Part shown: positions 18,613 to 30,778 of the stretch, in pieces | Layout of the letters: every line of letters starts with the position of its first letter | How positions within the stretch are numbered: position 1 is the stretch's first letter | Assembly: GCA_963789475.1 (NCBI GenBank) | Contig: CAWBLO010000015.1 | Location: 35,414-99,413 of the forward strand | DNA: 64,000 nucleotides | DNA from: an uncultured Gammaproteobacteria bacterium | Lineage (GTDB): Bacteria > Pseudomonadota > Gammaproteobacteria > Methylococcales > Methylomonadaceae | Reading direction: 5' to 3' | The notes under the pieces: generated by a model | Told to the model about the DNA's origin: nothing | The model's input: only the letters and a program-made list of their open reading frames with translations | Databases searched by the model: none | Program-made: the position numbers and the translations under genes

Positions 18613-19061
18613 TGGCAGTAGTTTATCTGACCATTGAACAGGCAATTGATACTCACCGGAAAACGGTGGAAGTGAGCGGTGGCGGCACGCTTGAGCATCT
18701 CGATTTAGGTAAGCTGGAAAGCGTACTGGAGCATATCCAAAACGATGAGTATTACCCTACCTTTGAAGACAAACTTACCCATCTGTTTTTTAGCGCCAAT
18801 AAATTCCATTGTTTTGCCGATGGCAATAAACGTATAGCCATTACCTTATGCACGCAAATGCTATTGTTTAATGGCTATCTTTGTTGTACCAGCCGGTTTT
18901 TGCACGAGATGGAAAACATCAGTTATCACGTCGCTGCCGGAAACATTGATAAAGATTTATTGCATGAGATCATAACGGCCTTTCTTGCCGAAGAAATGGA
19001 TGATGAGGGATTAAAACTGAAAATTGTTAACGCCATGTCCGGGAACGATAATGAAACTTAA
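18612..19061 (+). CDS. Fic/Doc-family toxin (Doc-type)
   Basis: HCFADGNKR matches the Doc-type HxFxDGNKR motif; 149 aa. Confidence 0.9.
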   Translation: MAVVYLTIEQAIDTHRKTVEVSGGGTLEHLDLGKLESVLEHIQNDEYYPTFEDKLTHLFFSANKFHCFADGNKRIAITLCTQMLLFNGYLCCTSRFLHEMENISYHVAAGNIDKDLLHEIITAFLAEEMDDEGLKLKIVNAMSGNDNET

Positions 19062-22000
19062 GTTTAAGAAACAGGCGTACCAGACCAATGCCGTCGAAGC
19101 CGTGGCGGATTGCTTTGCCGGACAACTGCCAACCAGTGGCATTCAATACCGTGTCGATCCTGGCCGGGCTAAAAAGGGCGGACAGCAAAGTTTGCTGGAT
19201 GAGTCTGGCTTCAGAAATTCTGAGATTGCCCTCACACTGCCCCAATTGCTGGAAAATATCCATACCGTCCAACGCCACCAAAACCTGCCGCTCTCTGCTG
19301 CGTTGGTTAACGATAAAAAAACCGGTTGCCCCATCAATCTCGACATTGAGATGGAAACCGGCACCGGCAAAACTTATTGCTACATCAAAACTGTGTTTGA
19401 GTTGAACAAACGCTATGGCTGGAGCAAATTTATCGTGGTCGTGCCCAGCATCGCGATTCGTGAAGGCGTGTGTAAATCCTTAAGCATAACGGCTGAACAC
19501 TTTCTGGAGGACTACGGCAAGCGTATCCGCTTTTTTATTTATAACTCCAGGCAACTGCACAACCTGGAAAGCTTTTCCTCCGATGCGGGGATCAATGTGA
19601 TGGTTATTAACGTCCAGGCGTTTAATGCCACCGGCAAGGATGCCCGCCGCATCAATGAAGAGCTGGATGAATTCCAATCCCGCCGTCCCATTGACGTCAT
19701 CAAGAGCAACCGCCCCATTTTGATACTCGATGAACCGCAAAAGATGGAGGGAACGAAAACGCTGGAATCCTTCAAGGGCTTTAACCCCCTGATGATTTTG
19801 CGTTACTCAGCCACTCACAAAACCGAACACAATAAAATTCATCGACTCGACGCGCTGGATGCCTATAACCAGAAACTGGTGAAAAAAATATCCGTGCGCG
19901 GTATTTCGGTCAAAGGTCTTAGCGGAATCAACGCTTATCTGTATCTGGGCGGTATTGAGATATCGACCAGCAAACCGCCGGTTGTCGGGGTTGAGCTGGA
20001 AATCAAACAAAAATCAGGCATTAAACGGGTGCTGCGCAAACTGTACAAGGGTGACAATCTGTTCGACCTTTCCGGTGGACTGGATCAATATAAAGGCTTC
20101 GTGGTCGCCGATATTAATGCCAATACCAATACGCTGAGCTTTACCAATGGTGAAGAACTCAGGGTCGGTGAGGTTACCGGCGATGTCAACGAAGCCGCGC
20201 TACGCCGCATCCAAATCCGCGAAGCCATTAAAGCCCATTTCGAAAAAGAGCAAATGCTGTTTAATGACGGTATAAAGGTGCTGTCCCTGTTCTTCATTGA
20301 CTCAGTAGCCAAATATCGATGCTATGACGAAAACGGGGAAACTTCCGGCGAATACGCCCAAATCTTTGAAGAGGAATACACCAGTCACCTTAATGAAGTC
20401 CTGACGCTGGATGATAATCCGTACAATGATTATCTAAAGGGTATTGAGGTGTCCAGAACCCATGAGGGCTATTTCTCAATTGATAAAAAATCCAAGCGCC
20501 TGGTTGATCCCGCGACAGGGAAAAAATCTAATGAAACCGATGACGTGGATGCTTATGACCTGATCCTGCGTAAGAAAGAGCAACTGCTACAATTTGCAGA
20601 ACCGGTTCGCTTCATTTTTTCCCACTCCGCACTACGCGAAGGCTGGGATAACCCCAATGTCTTCGTTATCTGCACTCTTAAGCATAGCGATAATATGATC
20701 TCCCGCCGCCAGGAAGTCGGTCGCGGTATGCGGCTTTCGGTCAATCAAACGGGCGACCGTATGGATAACCCCGCCACTGTTCATGATGTGAATGTTCTCA
20801 CCGTGGTGACCAGCGAGAGTTACACAGAGTTTGTCACCGGTCTGCAACGCGACATTAGTGAGTCGCTGTCAGAGCGTCCCCGCTTCGCGGATGAAAAATA
20901 CTTCACTGGCAAAGTGCTTAAAACGGCAGCTGGCGATGTAGAGGTTACGCCACAACTTGCCAAGCAAATTTATAAATATTTGCTGAAAAATGACTACACC
21001 GATGCTGACGATAAAATCACACTCTGCTTATCACGATGCCAAAAAAGGAAGGGCAGCTTGCCGAGTTGCCGCCGGAACTGGCAGTTCATATCGAACAAGT
21101 GTTTCAGCTAATTGATAGCGTCTTCAGTGATGCTCAATTACCGCCCATTGACAATGGTCGCAATGCCAAAACTAACCCACTTAATGCCAATTTTGACAAG
21201 AAAGAGTTTAAGGCGCTTTGGAATCGCATCAACCACAAAGCCGCTTATGTCGTCGATTTTGAAACACCTGAGCTGATCAAGAAATGCGTGGTTGGCCTGG
21301 ATAAAGAATTGCGTGTAAGCCCTTTGCAATACACCATCCAACGAGGTGAACAAACCGACGAGACAACTTATGAGGCCGTCAAACAAGGTGAATCGTTTCA
21401 GATTAAAGAGACTTTGACGGAGTCGAATAAGGCCTCTATCCATTCTGCTGTCAAATATGACCTCATTGGTAAACTGGCGGAAGAAACTAAACTTACCCGG
21501 CGTACCATTGCCGGCATTCTCCAAGAGATTAATAACGCGGTATTCGACCAATTTAAAACCAATCCGGAAGACTTCATCGCTAAAACATCGCGGCTGATTA
21601 ATGAGCAAAAAGCCACCGTCATCGTCGAGCATCTGGCTTATGATACGATTGCCGAAACTCACAGCCTGGACATTTTTACCCAAGACAAACGGAAGGTGGA
21701 TTTTAGCAAGACCGGTGATAAATTGAATCGGCACATCTACGATTACGTATTTACCGACTCTGATAATGAACGCACCTTCGTCAAAGAACTTGATACCAGT
21801 AAAGAAGTGGTTGTCTATGCCAAGCTGCCGAAAGGCTTTTTCATCCCGACACCGCTAGGCGACTACAACCCGGATTGGGCTATTTCCTTCAAAGAAGGCA
21901 CGGTAAAGCATATCTACTTTATCGCCGAAACCAAAGGATCGATGTCGTCGATGGATTTAAGAAAAATCGAGGAATGTAAAATCGATTGTGCGCGGAAGTT

Positions 22001-22079
22001 TTTCGCCAAAATTACTTCTGAACAGGTCAAATATGATGTTGTTGATAGCTATGGCAAGTTGATGGAATTGGTAAAGTAA
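19051..22079 (+). CDS. res: Type III R-M restriction subunit (Res), split by indels near 21020-21045
   Basis: [39 protein letters not shown] and QEVGRGMR helicase motifs, then the YNPDWAI..FIAETKG nuclease motif in ORF 21036-22079. Confidence 0.93.
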
Positions 22080-22235
22080 TGAAAACAATTTACCAGTGGC
22101 GAACTTCTGGAAGACTTATCAATTATACGATGGAAAATTTTGGAAGATTATCAACTTCGGAAACCTCGAATTGCACTAAGTACCGATGAGTTAAAAGCTA
22201 ACTCAAACTTCAACCAATTACATAACAACAAACCT

Positions 22236-23249
22236 ATGAATCTTTATCCATTATTACGCCCCCTGTTATTTTCACTAGATCCGGAAACCGCTCATGAAGT
22301 AACACTTAAGATGTTAAACATTGCGCATGTTTCCGGCTTGGGAAAACTGATCTACCCTGCTATTGAAGATAAGCCCGTGAACACCATGGGACTCAGCTTT
22401 AAAAATCCTGTAGGCCTTGCGGCCGGCATGGATAAAAACGGTGATTATATTAATGCGCTGGCCGCATTAGGTTTTGGTTTTGTTGAAATAGGTACGGTGA
22501 CACCGCGTCCGCAACCGGGCAACCCTAAACCGCGCCTGTTCAGGCTCCCGGAACATCAGGCCATTATCAATCGCATGGGCTTTAATAATCTGGGGATAGA
22601 CCACTTGCTGAGCCAGGTAAAACAAAGCAACTTCAACGGTATTTTGGGCATCAATATCGGTAAAAATGTCGACACCCCGATTGAAAATGCGGTCGACGAT
22701 TATTTAATCGGTTTACGCAAGGCCTATACGTCTGCCAGTTACATTACCCTTAACATTTCTTCGCCAAACACTAAAAATCTGCGTCAGTTGCAGCAGGGTG
22801 ATGAAATAAAATCCCTGATTGCCGTCTTAAAAGAAGAACAGCTTAAGCTGCAACAAGAACACGGTTATTATGTCCCTTTGGCCATAAAAATTGCTCCGGA
22901 TCTGACCGCCGATGAAATAACCCATATTGCCGGATTGTTACTGGAATTTGAAATAGACGGTGTGATTGCCACCAACACGACTATAGCTCGTGAGATGATC
23001 GCAGATCATCCACTCGCCCATGAAGCGGGGGGCTTAAGTGGCGCACCGGTTAAAGACAAGTCTACGCTAGTTGTGCGTGGATTAGCGGCTGAATTACAAG
23101 GAAAAATCCCGATTATTGCAGCAGGTGGTATTTTAAGTGCAACTGATGCGCAAGAAAAATTAAAGGCCGGTGCAAGCTTGGTACAAATTTACAGTGGCCT
23201 CATTTATCGCGGACCCCAGTTGATAGAAGATATTGTTAAAAGCCTATGA
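22236..23249 (+). CDS. pyrD: Quinone-dependent dihydroorotate dehydrogenase
   Basis: [37 protein letters not shown] and GGLSG motifs. Confidence 0.96.
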   Translation: MNLYPLLRPLLFSLDPETAHEVTLKMLNIAHVSGLGKLIYPAIEDKPVNTMGLSFKNPVGLAAGMDKNGDYINALAALGFGFVEIGTVTPRPQPGNPKPRLFRLPEHQAIINRMGFNNLGIDHLLSQVKQSNFNGILGINIGKNVDTPIENAVDDYLIGLRKAYTSASYITLNISSPNTKNLRQLQQGDEIKSLIAVLKEEQLKLQQEHGYYVPLAIKIAPDLTADEITHIAGLLLEFEIDGVIATNTTIAREMIADHPLAHEAGGLSGAPVKDKSTLVVRGLAAELQGKIPIIAAGGILSATDAQEKLKAGASLVQIYSGLIYRGPQLIEDIVKSL

Positions 23250-23344
23250 TTTATAAATCTTTCCATTTTTAAGTGATATAGCGCTTACAGCTAGGGCGTC
23301 AGGCAATTACTACGAAGAATATTCATTCTTGGAAATTGCCTGAA

Positions 23345-24394
23345 TCAACCATAGCCCTGCGGGTTTTTAGTTTGCCAGTTCCAGGTATCTGCTACCATAT
23401 CATCCAGATTTTTTTCAACTTTCCAGTTAAGCTCTTTTAATGCCAAGTCAGGATTAGCAAAACATTCTGCAAGATCCCCTGCTCTACGCGGAGAAACTTT
23501 ATAATTAATCGTTTTACCGGTTACTCTTTCGAAAGCATTGATCATTTCCAGGACACTGTAACCACGGCCGGCACCCAGATTATAAGCCCTACAACCACCT
23601 GCTTCGAAATTTTCGCTGTCCAATGCGGCTATGGCCTTGATATGACCTTTTACCAGGTCAACCACATGGATATAATCCCTGATACCAGTTCCATCCCGCG
23701 TCGGATAATCATCACCAAATACCGATAATTGCGTTAATTTACCAATGGCAACCTGTGCAACATAAGGCATCAGGTTATTGGGTATACCATTGGGATCTTC
23801 ACCAATCAAGCCACTCTCGTGCGCACCTATCGGATTAAAATAGCGTAGTAAGGCGATTTTCCAAGGGGATTCAGTTTGATTGGTTTTATCTGCCGCCGAC
23901 AAGTCTCTTAGAATATCCTCAATCATGGCTTTTGAGCGGCCATAAGGATTAATGGCGCCAAGAGGAAAATCTTCACTGTACTGAGTACTGGAAGATTCGC
24001 CATAAACGGTAGCCGAAGAACTGAAGACCAATTGCTTAACGTTGGCATCGCGCATCACTTCAGCAAGTACCAGCGTTCCGTAGACGTTATTATGATAGTA
24101 CAGTAGCGGTTGTTCACAGGATTCGCCAACGGCCTTTAAACCGGCAAAATGAATTACCGTGGCGGGTGATTCTTTGGCAAAAATTTCAGTTAACGCTTGT
24201 TTATCACGAATATCGGCCTGATAAAAAGTCAGTGATTTGCCAGTGATCTGTTGCACCCGTGACAATGATTCGGGTTTGCTATTGCACAAATTATCAACCA
24301 CGATAACCTTGAAACCTGCTTGCAGTAATTCGACGCAAGCATGGCTACCGATATAACCTGCACCGCCGGTTACCAGTACCGTCTTATTATTCAT
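23345..24394 (-). CDS. galE: UDP-glucose 4-epimerase
   Basis: GGAGYIGSH, HFAGLKAVGES, YGRSK and LRYFNPIGAH motifs. Confidence 0.96.
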   Translation of the reverse strand: MNNKTVLVTGGAGYIGSHACVELLQAGFKVIVVDNLCNSKPESLSRVQQITGKSLTFYQADIRDKQALTEIFAKESPATVIHFAGLKAVGESCEQPLLYYHNNVYGTLVLAEVMRDANVKQLVFSSSATVYGESSSTQYSEDFPLGAINPYGRSKAMIEDILRDLSAADKTNQTESPWKIALLRYFNPIGAHESGLIGEDPNGIPNNLMPYVAQVAIGKLTQLSVFGDDYPTRDGTGIRDYIHVVDLVKGHIKAIAALDSENFEAGGCRAYNLGAGRGYSVLEMINAFERVTGKTINYKVSPRRAGDLAECFANPDLALKELNWKVEKNLDDMVADTWNWQTKNPQGYG

Positions 24395-24407
24395 AACTAC
24401 TTATCCG

Positions 24408-25250
24408 CTACTTGATTATTTTGAGTTTTATCAGATGTACGCGACGGTTATCCGCTCTAATCACTTCAAATCGCATATTATCTACTACCAGACTTTCACC
24501 TTTTTTAGGCATGTGTTCGAGCTCACTTACAAGGAAACCGCCGATAGTATCGTATTCATCCGTAGCCAACTGTGTGGAAAAATAGTCATCAAATTCTTCA
24601 ATAGGCATCAAAGCTTTTATCACGAATTCATTTGCGCTACGCTGAAAAATATAACCTTCGTCTTCATGATCGTCGTGCTCGTCTTCAATTTCACCCACAA
24701 TTTCTTCTAACACATCTTCAATGGTGACCAAGCCCGCAGCCTGGCCATATTCATCGACAACAATCGCCATGTGATTACCATTGGTTCGCAATTCCTTAAG
24801 CAATACATTTAAACGCTTGCTTTCCGGCACAACACAGACGGGGCGCATTATTTCCTGGATCGTCATGGTTTTATTTTGTAATACACGCGCCAGTAAATCC
24901 TTGGCTAACAGGACACCCACCACTTTACTACGATCTCCATCAATCACAGGATAACGGGAATGACCAAACTCGATGACCAGTGGCAATATAGTTTCCAGTT
25001 CGGCCTCTTTTGGCACGACAACCATTTGAATGCGGGGAATCATAATATCCCTTACCCGCATTTGCGATACCTGCAATACACCTTCAATCATGGATAAAGC
25101 GTCTGTATCCAATAGCCGGTTTTCCCTAGCTTCTCGCAGTATGCCAAGAAGTTCATCCAAATCTTGCGGCTCCCCGGAAAATAGGTGGCTGATTCTTTCC
25201 ACCCAACGTTTCCGAGGGGCGTTTCTACTTGGAGGTTGCTCATCGCTCAT
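24408..25250 (-). CDS. corC: CBS-domain Mg/Co transport protein CorC (YbeX)
   Basis: HSRYPV and VDEYG..GLVTIEDVLEEIVGEIEDEHD motifs; operon position. Confidence 0.93.
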   Translation of the reverse strand: MSDEQPPSRNAPRKRWVERISHLFSGEPQDLDELLGILREARENRLLDTDALSMIEGVLQVSQMRVRDIMIPRIQMVVVPKEAELETILPLVIEFGHSRYPVIDGDRSKVVGVLLAKDLLARVLQNKTMTIQEIMRPVCVVPESKRLNVLLKELRTNGNHMAIVVDEYGQAAGLVTIEDVLEEIVGEIEDEHDDHEDEGYIFQRSANEFVIKALMPIEEFDDYFSTQLATDEYDTIGGFLVSELEHMPKKGESLVVDNMRFEVIRADNRRVHLIKLKIIK

Positions 25251-25708
25251 TCGTCATTGTCCTGTGTATAGGGGTTTTTTATGTTTAAGGTGTTCAAAAT
25301 GGTTATTTCCTTGCTTTCCATAAGCTCGGCCTCATCATCGTCGATGTGATCGTAGCCTAATAAATGCAAGATGCCATGGACTATAATGTGCGCCCAATGA
25401 TCTGTTAAAGCTTTATGTTGTTCGAACGCTTCTTTTTCCAGGACCGGGGCGCATATCACTAAATCGCCCAGTAAATTCAGCTCAATGCCTTCAGGTACTT
25501 CAACGGGAAAACTGAGAATATTGGTGGGGCCTTTTTTATGGCGGTATTGTTGATTGAGTTCAGCGCTTTCTTCTTCATCGACAATACGCACAACGATCTC
25601 AGTGTCTTGATTGAAGCCTTCCAGTGCAGCATCAACCCAGCGTTGAATTTGTTCCTGATCAGGTTGACCGTTTGACTTAAAAATGGTCTGGATTTCGATT
25701 TGATTCAT
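25247..25708 (-). CDS. ybeY: rRNA maturation endoribonuclease YbeY
   Basis: PTNILSF and HGILHLLGYDH motifs. Confidence 0.96.
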   Translation of the reverse strand: MNQIEIQTIFKSNGQPDQEQIQRWVDAALEGFNQDTEIVVRIVDEEESAELNQQYRHKKGPTNILSFPVEVPEGIELNLLGDLVICAPVLEKEAFEQHKALTDHWAHIIVHGILHLLGYDHIDDDEAELMESKEITILNTLNIKNPYTQDNDE

Positions 25709-26679
25709 AGATCGGCTTTGTTTTTTTGCTCATACGCTTCATAAGCGGAAACAATGCGCTGCACTAACGGATGCCTGACGACATCCCGTGTCCCAAAAAA
25801 AGTAAAACTAATACCTTCAATATCTTTCAGAACTTCAAGCACATGCCGTAAGCCGGACATTTTTTCTGAAGGCAAATCTACTTGCGTAATATCACCCGTG
25901 ACAACGGCAGTAGAGCCAAAACCGACGCGAGTCAGGAACATTTTAATCTGCTCTGTCGTGGTATTTTGTGCTTCATCCAGAATAATAAAGGCGTCATTCA
26001 ATGTTCGTCCACGCATAAAAGCCAGAGGTGCAACTTCTATAATGCCTTTATCAATCATTTTTTCAACCCGTTCAAAGCCGAGCATTTCATACAAGGCATC
26101 ATAAAGAGGCCGCAAATAGGGATCGACTTTTTGCGCCATGTCCCCCGGTAAAAAGCCCAATTTTTCACCGGCTTCCACCGCAGGCCGCACCAGAATTATT
26201 TTACGGACTTTTTCATTTTGCAAGGCATCAATTGCACAGGCAACAGCCAAATAAGTTTTACCCGTTCCGGCAGGCCCCACGCCAAAATTTATATCATGAG
26301 AGACAATTTTTCTTAAGTAAGCTTGCTGATTCGCTCCCCTACCTTTAATCATCCCTATTTTTGTTTTAATCGCGATATTAGGTTCCGCTACCGTTTCCGA
26401 AGTGTCTAACATCTCGTCAATAGAGGCGTCCTGCATGGCTAAATGAATCAGTTCGGCTGTTAATTCTTCTTTTTCTGTACTGGCAAATAGTTTCTGCATA
26501 ACAGCGCACGCCGCCTTGACTGAGCACTCTAAACCGGTCACTTTAAATTGGTTGCCGCGATTGGCTATTTCAACCTGAAGACGTTTTTCTATTTGCCGCA
26601 AATGCGTATCTAACTGGCCACAAAAATTGGATAATCTGCCGTTATCGGCAGGGAGCAAAGAAATTTCCTGTGAAGTCAT
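25705..26679 (-). CDS. ybeZ: PhoH-like ATPase (YbeZ)
   Basis: GPAGTGKTYLA, RPAVEAGEKLGFLPG and MRGRTL..DEAQN motifs. Confidence 0.95.
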   Translation of the reverse strand: MTSQEISLLPADNGRLSNFCGQLDTHLRQIEKRLQVEIANRGNQFKVTGLECSVKAACAVMQKLFASTEKEELTAELIHLAMQDASIDEMLDTSETVAEPNIAIKTKIGMIKGRGANQQAYLRKIVSHDINFGVGPAGTGKTYLAVACAIDALQNEKVRKIILVRPAVEAGEKLGFLPGDMAQKVDPYLRPLYDALYEMLGFERVEKMIDKGIIEVAPLAFMRGRTLNDAFIILDEAQNTTTEQIKMFLTRVGFGSTAVVTGDITQVDLPSEKMSGLRHVLEVLKDIEGISFTFFGTRDVVRHPLVQRIVSAYEAYEQKNKADL

Positions 26680-26688
26680 TATGATAAA

Positions 26689-28044
26689 TCAGTTTTGGAC
26701 AATAATTTTATCGACAGAAGCCTCAACCAGGCGGCCTCGTAAAGAATTAGGCAGCGCTTCCGCAATCAGTACATCGACAAATTGTCCTGCCAATCTGGGA
26801 TGACCGATAAAATTGACTACCCGGTTATTTTCAGTTCTTCCCTGCATTTGCAACGGATTCTTTTTAGATTGTCCTTCGACTAAAACAGTCTGCACGGTAC
26901 CAATCATGCTGTTTGAAATAGCCGCAGCCATTTCATTAATACGATTTTGAAAACGTTCCAGACGCTGTTTTTTTACTTCCGCGGGTACATCATCAGGCAA
27001 ATCAGCTGCGGGTGTTCCGGGGCGTTGGCTATAAACAAAACTGAATGACAAATCGAAACCGATTTCTTCAATAAACGATAGGGTTTCTTCAAATTCCTCA
27101 TCAGTTTCACCTGGAAAGCCGATTATAAAATCCGAAGACAAACTAATATTGGGGCGCACTGCACGCAATTTACGGATAGTTTCCTTGTAATCGGCACTTG
27201 TATGGCCTCGCTTCATCATTTTCAGGATATGATCACTGCCGCTTTGTACCGGCAAATGCAAATGATCAACGAGCTGTGGAATTTCAGCAAAGGCTTCAAT
27301 CAAGCTATCAGTAAATTCAACAGGATGTGAAGTGGTAAAGCGAAGGCGATCTATCCCGTCTATCGCCGACACATAATGCAGCAATAATGCAAAGTCAGCG
27401 ATATCGCCATCGTCCATTTCGCCGCGATAGGCATTGACATTTTGCCCCAATAAATTGATTTCACGTACGCCTTGTCTGGCCAATGTCGTAATTTCAGCAA
27501 TGACATCTTTCAGAGGACGACTGATTTCCTCACCTCGGGTATAAGGCACTACGCAGAAAGAACAATATTTACTACACCCTTCCATCACCGAAACAAAAGC
27601 TTTTGGACCTTCTGCACGGGGTTCAGGCAGTGCATCAAATTTTTCAATTTCCGGAAAGGAAATATCAATAACGGGTTTATGTTTACTGAGGACTTGATCC
27701 AGCAACTGCGGTAGACGGTGTAAGGTTTGCGGCCCAAAAACCATGTCCACAAACGGTGCGCGTTTTTGAATAGCAGCGCCTTCCTGACTGGCTACGCAAC
27801 CACCCACACCAATGATCACCTCGGGACGCTTATCTTTAATCTTGCGCCATTTACCCAACGCTGAAAAAACCTTTTCCTGTGCCTTTTCGCGTATTGAACA
27901 AGTATTTAGTAATAAAACATCCGCCAGTTTTGGATCATCAATCAATTCAAAACCATGTGAGGCTTGAAGTACATCCCGCATTTTATCGGAATCATACTCA
28001 TTCATCTGACAACCGTTGGTTTGAATATAAAGTTTTTGTGTCAT
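26689..28044 (-). CDS. miaB: tRNA-i6A37 methylthiotransferase
   Basis: [26 protein letters not shown] radical-SAM motif and TRAM domain. Confidence 0.97.
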   Translation of the reverse strand: MTQKLYIQTNGCQMNEYDSDKMRDVLQASHGFELIDDPKLADVLLLNTCSIREKAQEKVFSALGKWRKIKDKRPEVIIGVGGCVASQEGAAIQKRAPFVDMVFGPQTLHRLPQLLDQVLSKHKPVIDISFPEIEKFDALPEPRAEGPKAFVSVMEGCSKYCSFCVVPYTRGEEISRPLKDVIAEITTLARQGVREINLLGQNVNAYRGEMDDGDIADFALLLHYVSAIDGIDRLRFTTSHPVEFTDSLIEAFAEIPQLVDHLHLPVQSGSDHILKMMKRGHTSADYKETIRKLRAVRPNISLSSDFIIGFPGETDEEFEETLSFIEEIGFDLSFSFVYSQRPGTPAADLPDDVPAEVKKQRLERFQNRINEMAAAISNSMIGTVQTVLVEGQSKKNPLQMQGRTENNRVVNFIGHPRLAGQFVDVLIAEALPNSLRGRLVEASVDKIIVQN

Positions 28045-28173
28045 AGCTTGTCTGGGTAACTCATTTGGAAATTATTAAGGTTTTTGGGTTTATTGAAATG
28101 CAATGGCGGCATATACCGCTGGGCTGCTCATAAAAAATCTGAGGCGTGTTGGTCATTATAACCTGAAGATAGA

Positions 28174-28835
28174 TTATTCTTTCAATAAGGTTAGCACTCG
28201 CTCTTCCAGATCAGGATCAGTGCCAATGCGCAATTCCTTAACAAACCTTGTTTATCCACCAGAATATGAGAGGGTGTGCCTTGTAGATCAAAAAGCTCAA
28301 ACGTTTCTGCGTGATAGGTTAACGATTGGAAATAATGCTGTACTTGCCGCCGAATTTTTTGTTGATATGTTTCCGCCTGCTGATCAAAATCGGGAATACG
28401 CTGGTTGATAAAGGTTTCAATTGCATCTTGAGTCAAGTCAACTTGACGTTTTTGCAAGCGATCCATTGCCACAGGAAAAGTAATGCGATAAGGCAAACGA
28501 CCAGCTATTAATTTTGCTTGATCACTTAGTGTGCGTAGCGTTTCACCTACAACCTCACCCTTTTCAATCAATCGGGTTAAATTTTCCAGGTTGTTCTTAT
28601 CAAAATCCTCAAAGGCCGTCGCCACACCTAATACTGATAAACCTTGATCTGAATAGCGTTGATATAAATCTATCGCCTGCGGCAAGGCGTATAAAAAACA
28701 ACCCGGACAGTTTACTTGAAACACTTCCACCAGGACAACGCGACCTGATAACTGATCAAAGTTAACCGGCTCACCTTGAACCCAATCGGACAGCGATAAT
28801 AATGGCGCTTTTTGGCCTATTTGTGCTTTCATCAT
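28174..28835 (-). CDS. Thioredoxin-like (TlpA/peroxiredoxin-like) redoxin; frameshift near 28225
   Basis: EVFQVNCPGC, TAFEDF and GTPSHILVDKQG motifs. The shifted frame ends ..LEERVLTLLKE* at 28174. Confidence 0.75.
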
Positions 28836-28928
28836 GATCTCCGGACTTTTAAACTCTATACATCCTCAGTAATTCTCATTATGACTTTTGGGTATTCATG
28901 TTGCTCGTTATTCCGGCATGGAGAGTTT

Positions 28929-28961
28929 AGACCTGTCAGGTTTTTAAAACCTGACAGGTCT
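28929..28961. repeat. Palindromic REP-like element AGACCTGTCAGGTTTTTAAAACCTGACAGGTCT
   Basis: 16-bp inverted arms around a single central base. Degenerate relative near 61786-61818. Confidence 0.8.
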
Positions 28962-29007
28962 GCCGAGGATTACCTTCGTTTAATGAGAAGTTACTGAACC
29001 CATGGCG

Positions 29008-30261
29008 TTATTCTTCGTTCATAAAGCGTTTAGCATAGGATTCCAGATGCGGTATATCGATGCGATAACCTTTAAGCATCAAATGCCAGTATAACCAGGG
29101 GAAGCCGGTTGTTTTACCCCACCACCAGATCCAGCGGTTTTTTCTGGGATCCAGGAATGGGAAAGACGGGGTTACCTTGCCGGCATAAGAAAACTCAGCC
29201 AGCATGACGGTGCTCAGTGATGTCGTTAACGGGCAAGAGCCATAACCGTCATAACCTTCTGACAATTCTTTGCTGTTCATCAGGTTTAAAATATTATCAA
29301 CCACTACCGGAACCTGTTTGCGAACTGCGGCTGCGGTTTTGGCGTTAGATGTTGAACCTGCATCACCCAGACCAAAAATATTGCTGTATTTATTGTGTTG
29401 CAGGGTTTTGTCATTCACATCTACCCAACCTGCAGGATTCGCCAAGGGGCTTTTTTTAATAAAATCCGGTGCGCTCTGCGGTGGTGTGACATGAATCATG
29501 TCGAATTGTCTGGTAACTTGTTGCTTGTTACCGTCGCTATCTGTTGTTTCAAAGGTGGCGGTTTTAGCCGGGCCATCAATGGCAACCAGATTATGGTTAA
29601 AATTTGTTTTAATACCGTAGCCGGCAACCACCTTCATTAAGGCTTTGGCGAAAAAAGGCACGCCAAACATAGCCGGGCCGGCGTTACAGAATTCAATACT
29701 AAATTTATCCAGAATTCCTTTTTTACGGAAACGATCCGCAGCCAGATACATGATTTTTTGGGGTGCGCCCGCACATTTAATCGGCATCGGCGGTTGTGTG
29801 AACAGTGCAGTTCCTGATTCGATATTTTTGATACATTCCCAGGTGTATTCCACCGTATCCGGTGAATAGTTACTGCACACGTTGTTTTTACCAATGGTTT
29901 CTTTTAAGCCGGCAATTTTATCCCAATCCAGTTGCAAGCCGGGGCATACAACCAGGTAATCGTAACTGATGCTGTCGCCGGAACGTAAAGTCACCGTATT
30001 TTCATCCGGTTGAAAAGTGTCGGCGTAGTCTTTAATCCATTTGACAGTGGGATGAATCAAATCTGCTTCATTTCGGGTGGTTTCTTTCAGGGTATAGGCA
30101 CCGCCGCCAATAATGGTGAAACCCGGTTGGTAATAATGTTTTTCAGATGGCTCAATAATGGCAATATCAATACTGGCGTTTAGACGGCGCATGTTATTAG
30201 CAACGGAGACGCCTGCTGCGCCGCCTCCGACAATCAAGATGGTATGATGTTGTTGTGACAT
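29008..30261 (-). CDS. sqr: Sulfide:quinone oxidoreductase (type II-like)
   Basis: GGGAAG, HYYQPG, PIKCAGAPQK, KTAAAV and YDGYGSCP motifs with both catalytic Cys. Confidence 0.88.
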   Translation of the reverse strand: MSQQHHTILIVGGGAAGVSVANNMRRLNASIDIAIIEPSEKHYYQPGFTIIGGGAYTLKETTRNEADLIHPTVKWIKDYADTFQPDENTVTLRSGDSISYDYLVVCPGLQLDWDKIAGLKETIGKNNVCSNYSPDTVEYTWECIKNIESGTALFTQPPMPIKCAGAPQKIMYLAADRFRKKGILDKFSIEFCNAGPAMFGVPFFAKALMKVVAGYGIKTNFNHNLVAIDGPAKTATFETTDSDGNKQQVTRQFDMIHVTPPQSAPDFIKKSPLANPAGWVDVNDKTLQHNKYSNIFGLGDAGSTSNAKTAAAVRKQVPVVVDNILNLMNSKELSEGYDGYGSCPLTTSLSTVMLAEFSYAGKVTPSFPFLDPRKNRWIWWWGKTTGFPWLYWHLMLKGYRIDIPHLESYAKRFMNEE

Positions 30262-30345
30262 GAAATCCTCCGGTTATTATTATTTATAGTTCTGGGTGCA
30301 AGGCGCGAATCTGCGTTACTTAACGATATGGGGACCAAAGCGGCG

Positions 30346-30416
30346 GCCGCTGGCTGAGCGGAGGAAGCCAGTAGCCAAATTAGTTATTCGCTTCGACTCC
30401 GCTCGGCGAACGGTTT
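30346..30416. repeat. Degenerate GCTGAGCGGAG..GAAGC / GCTTCGACTCCGCTC inverted REP-like pair
   Basis: Imperfect inverted pair upstream of sqr. Confidence 0.55.
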
Positions 30417-30481
30417 AAGTCAACAGTATTGCATTTTCACCCGCCTTGCAGTTTAACTTAAGACCTTGCGCCCTTCCACCT

Positions 30482-30691
30482 TTATGCTTTTTGCCAGGCT
30501 TCAAAACCACCGGCCATAGACAACACATTGTTATAACCTGACTGTTGCATAGTCTGTGCTGCCAATGCAGAACGGCCACCGGTGCGGTAATAAATCAACA
30601 CAACCTTGGATTTGTCTGCCAGTTCGGGACTATTACCGATTTTAATTTTAATAGCGAATATTCGCTGATTATTCCCCGTATTCCGCACCAC
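30482..30691 (-). pseudogene. Truncated rhodanese (sulfurtransferase) remnant
   Basis: YYRTGGRSALAA (active-site Cys replaced by Tyr) and SMAGGFEAW; N-terminal half missing. Confidence 0.7.
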
Positions 30692-30778
30692 TATTACGGG
30701 CTGGTTGCCAATGTTTTTCCTTGCTTTGCGGTTTCATGGAGTATCATTGAAACAAATATATGATTCACAGAGACAACC

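Noticed and set aside
30326-30353. Sigma32 promoter upstream of sqr (CCCCATAT on minus strand)
   Set aside because: No CTTGAA -35 element at the right spacing.
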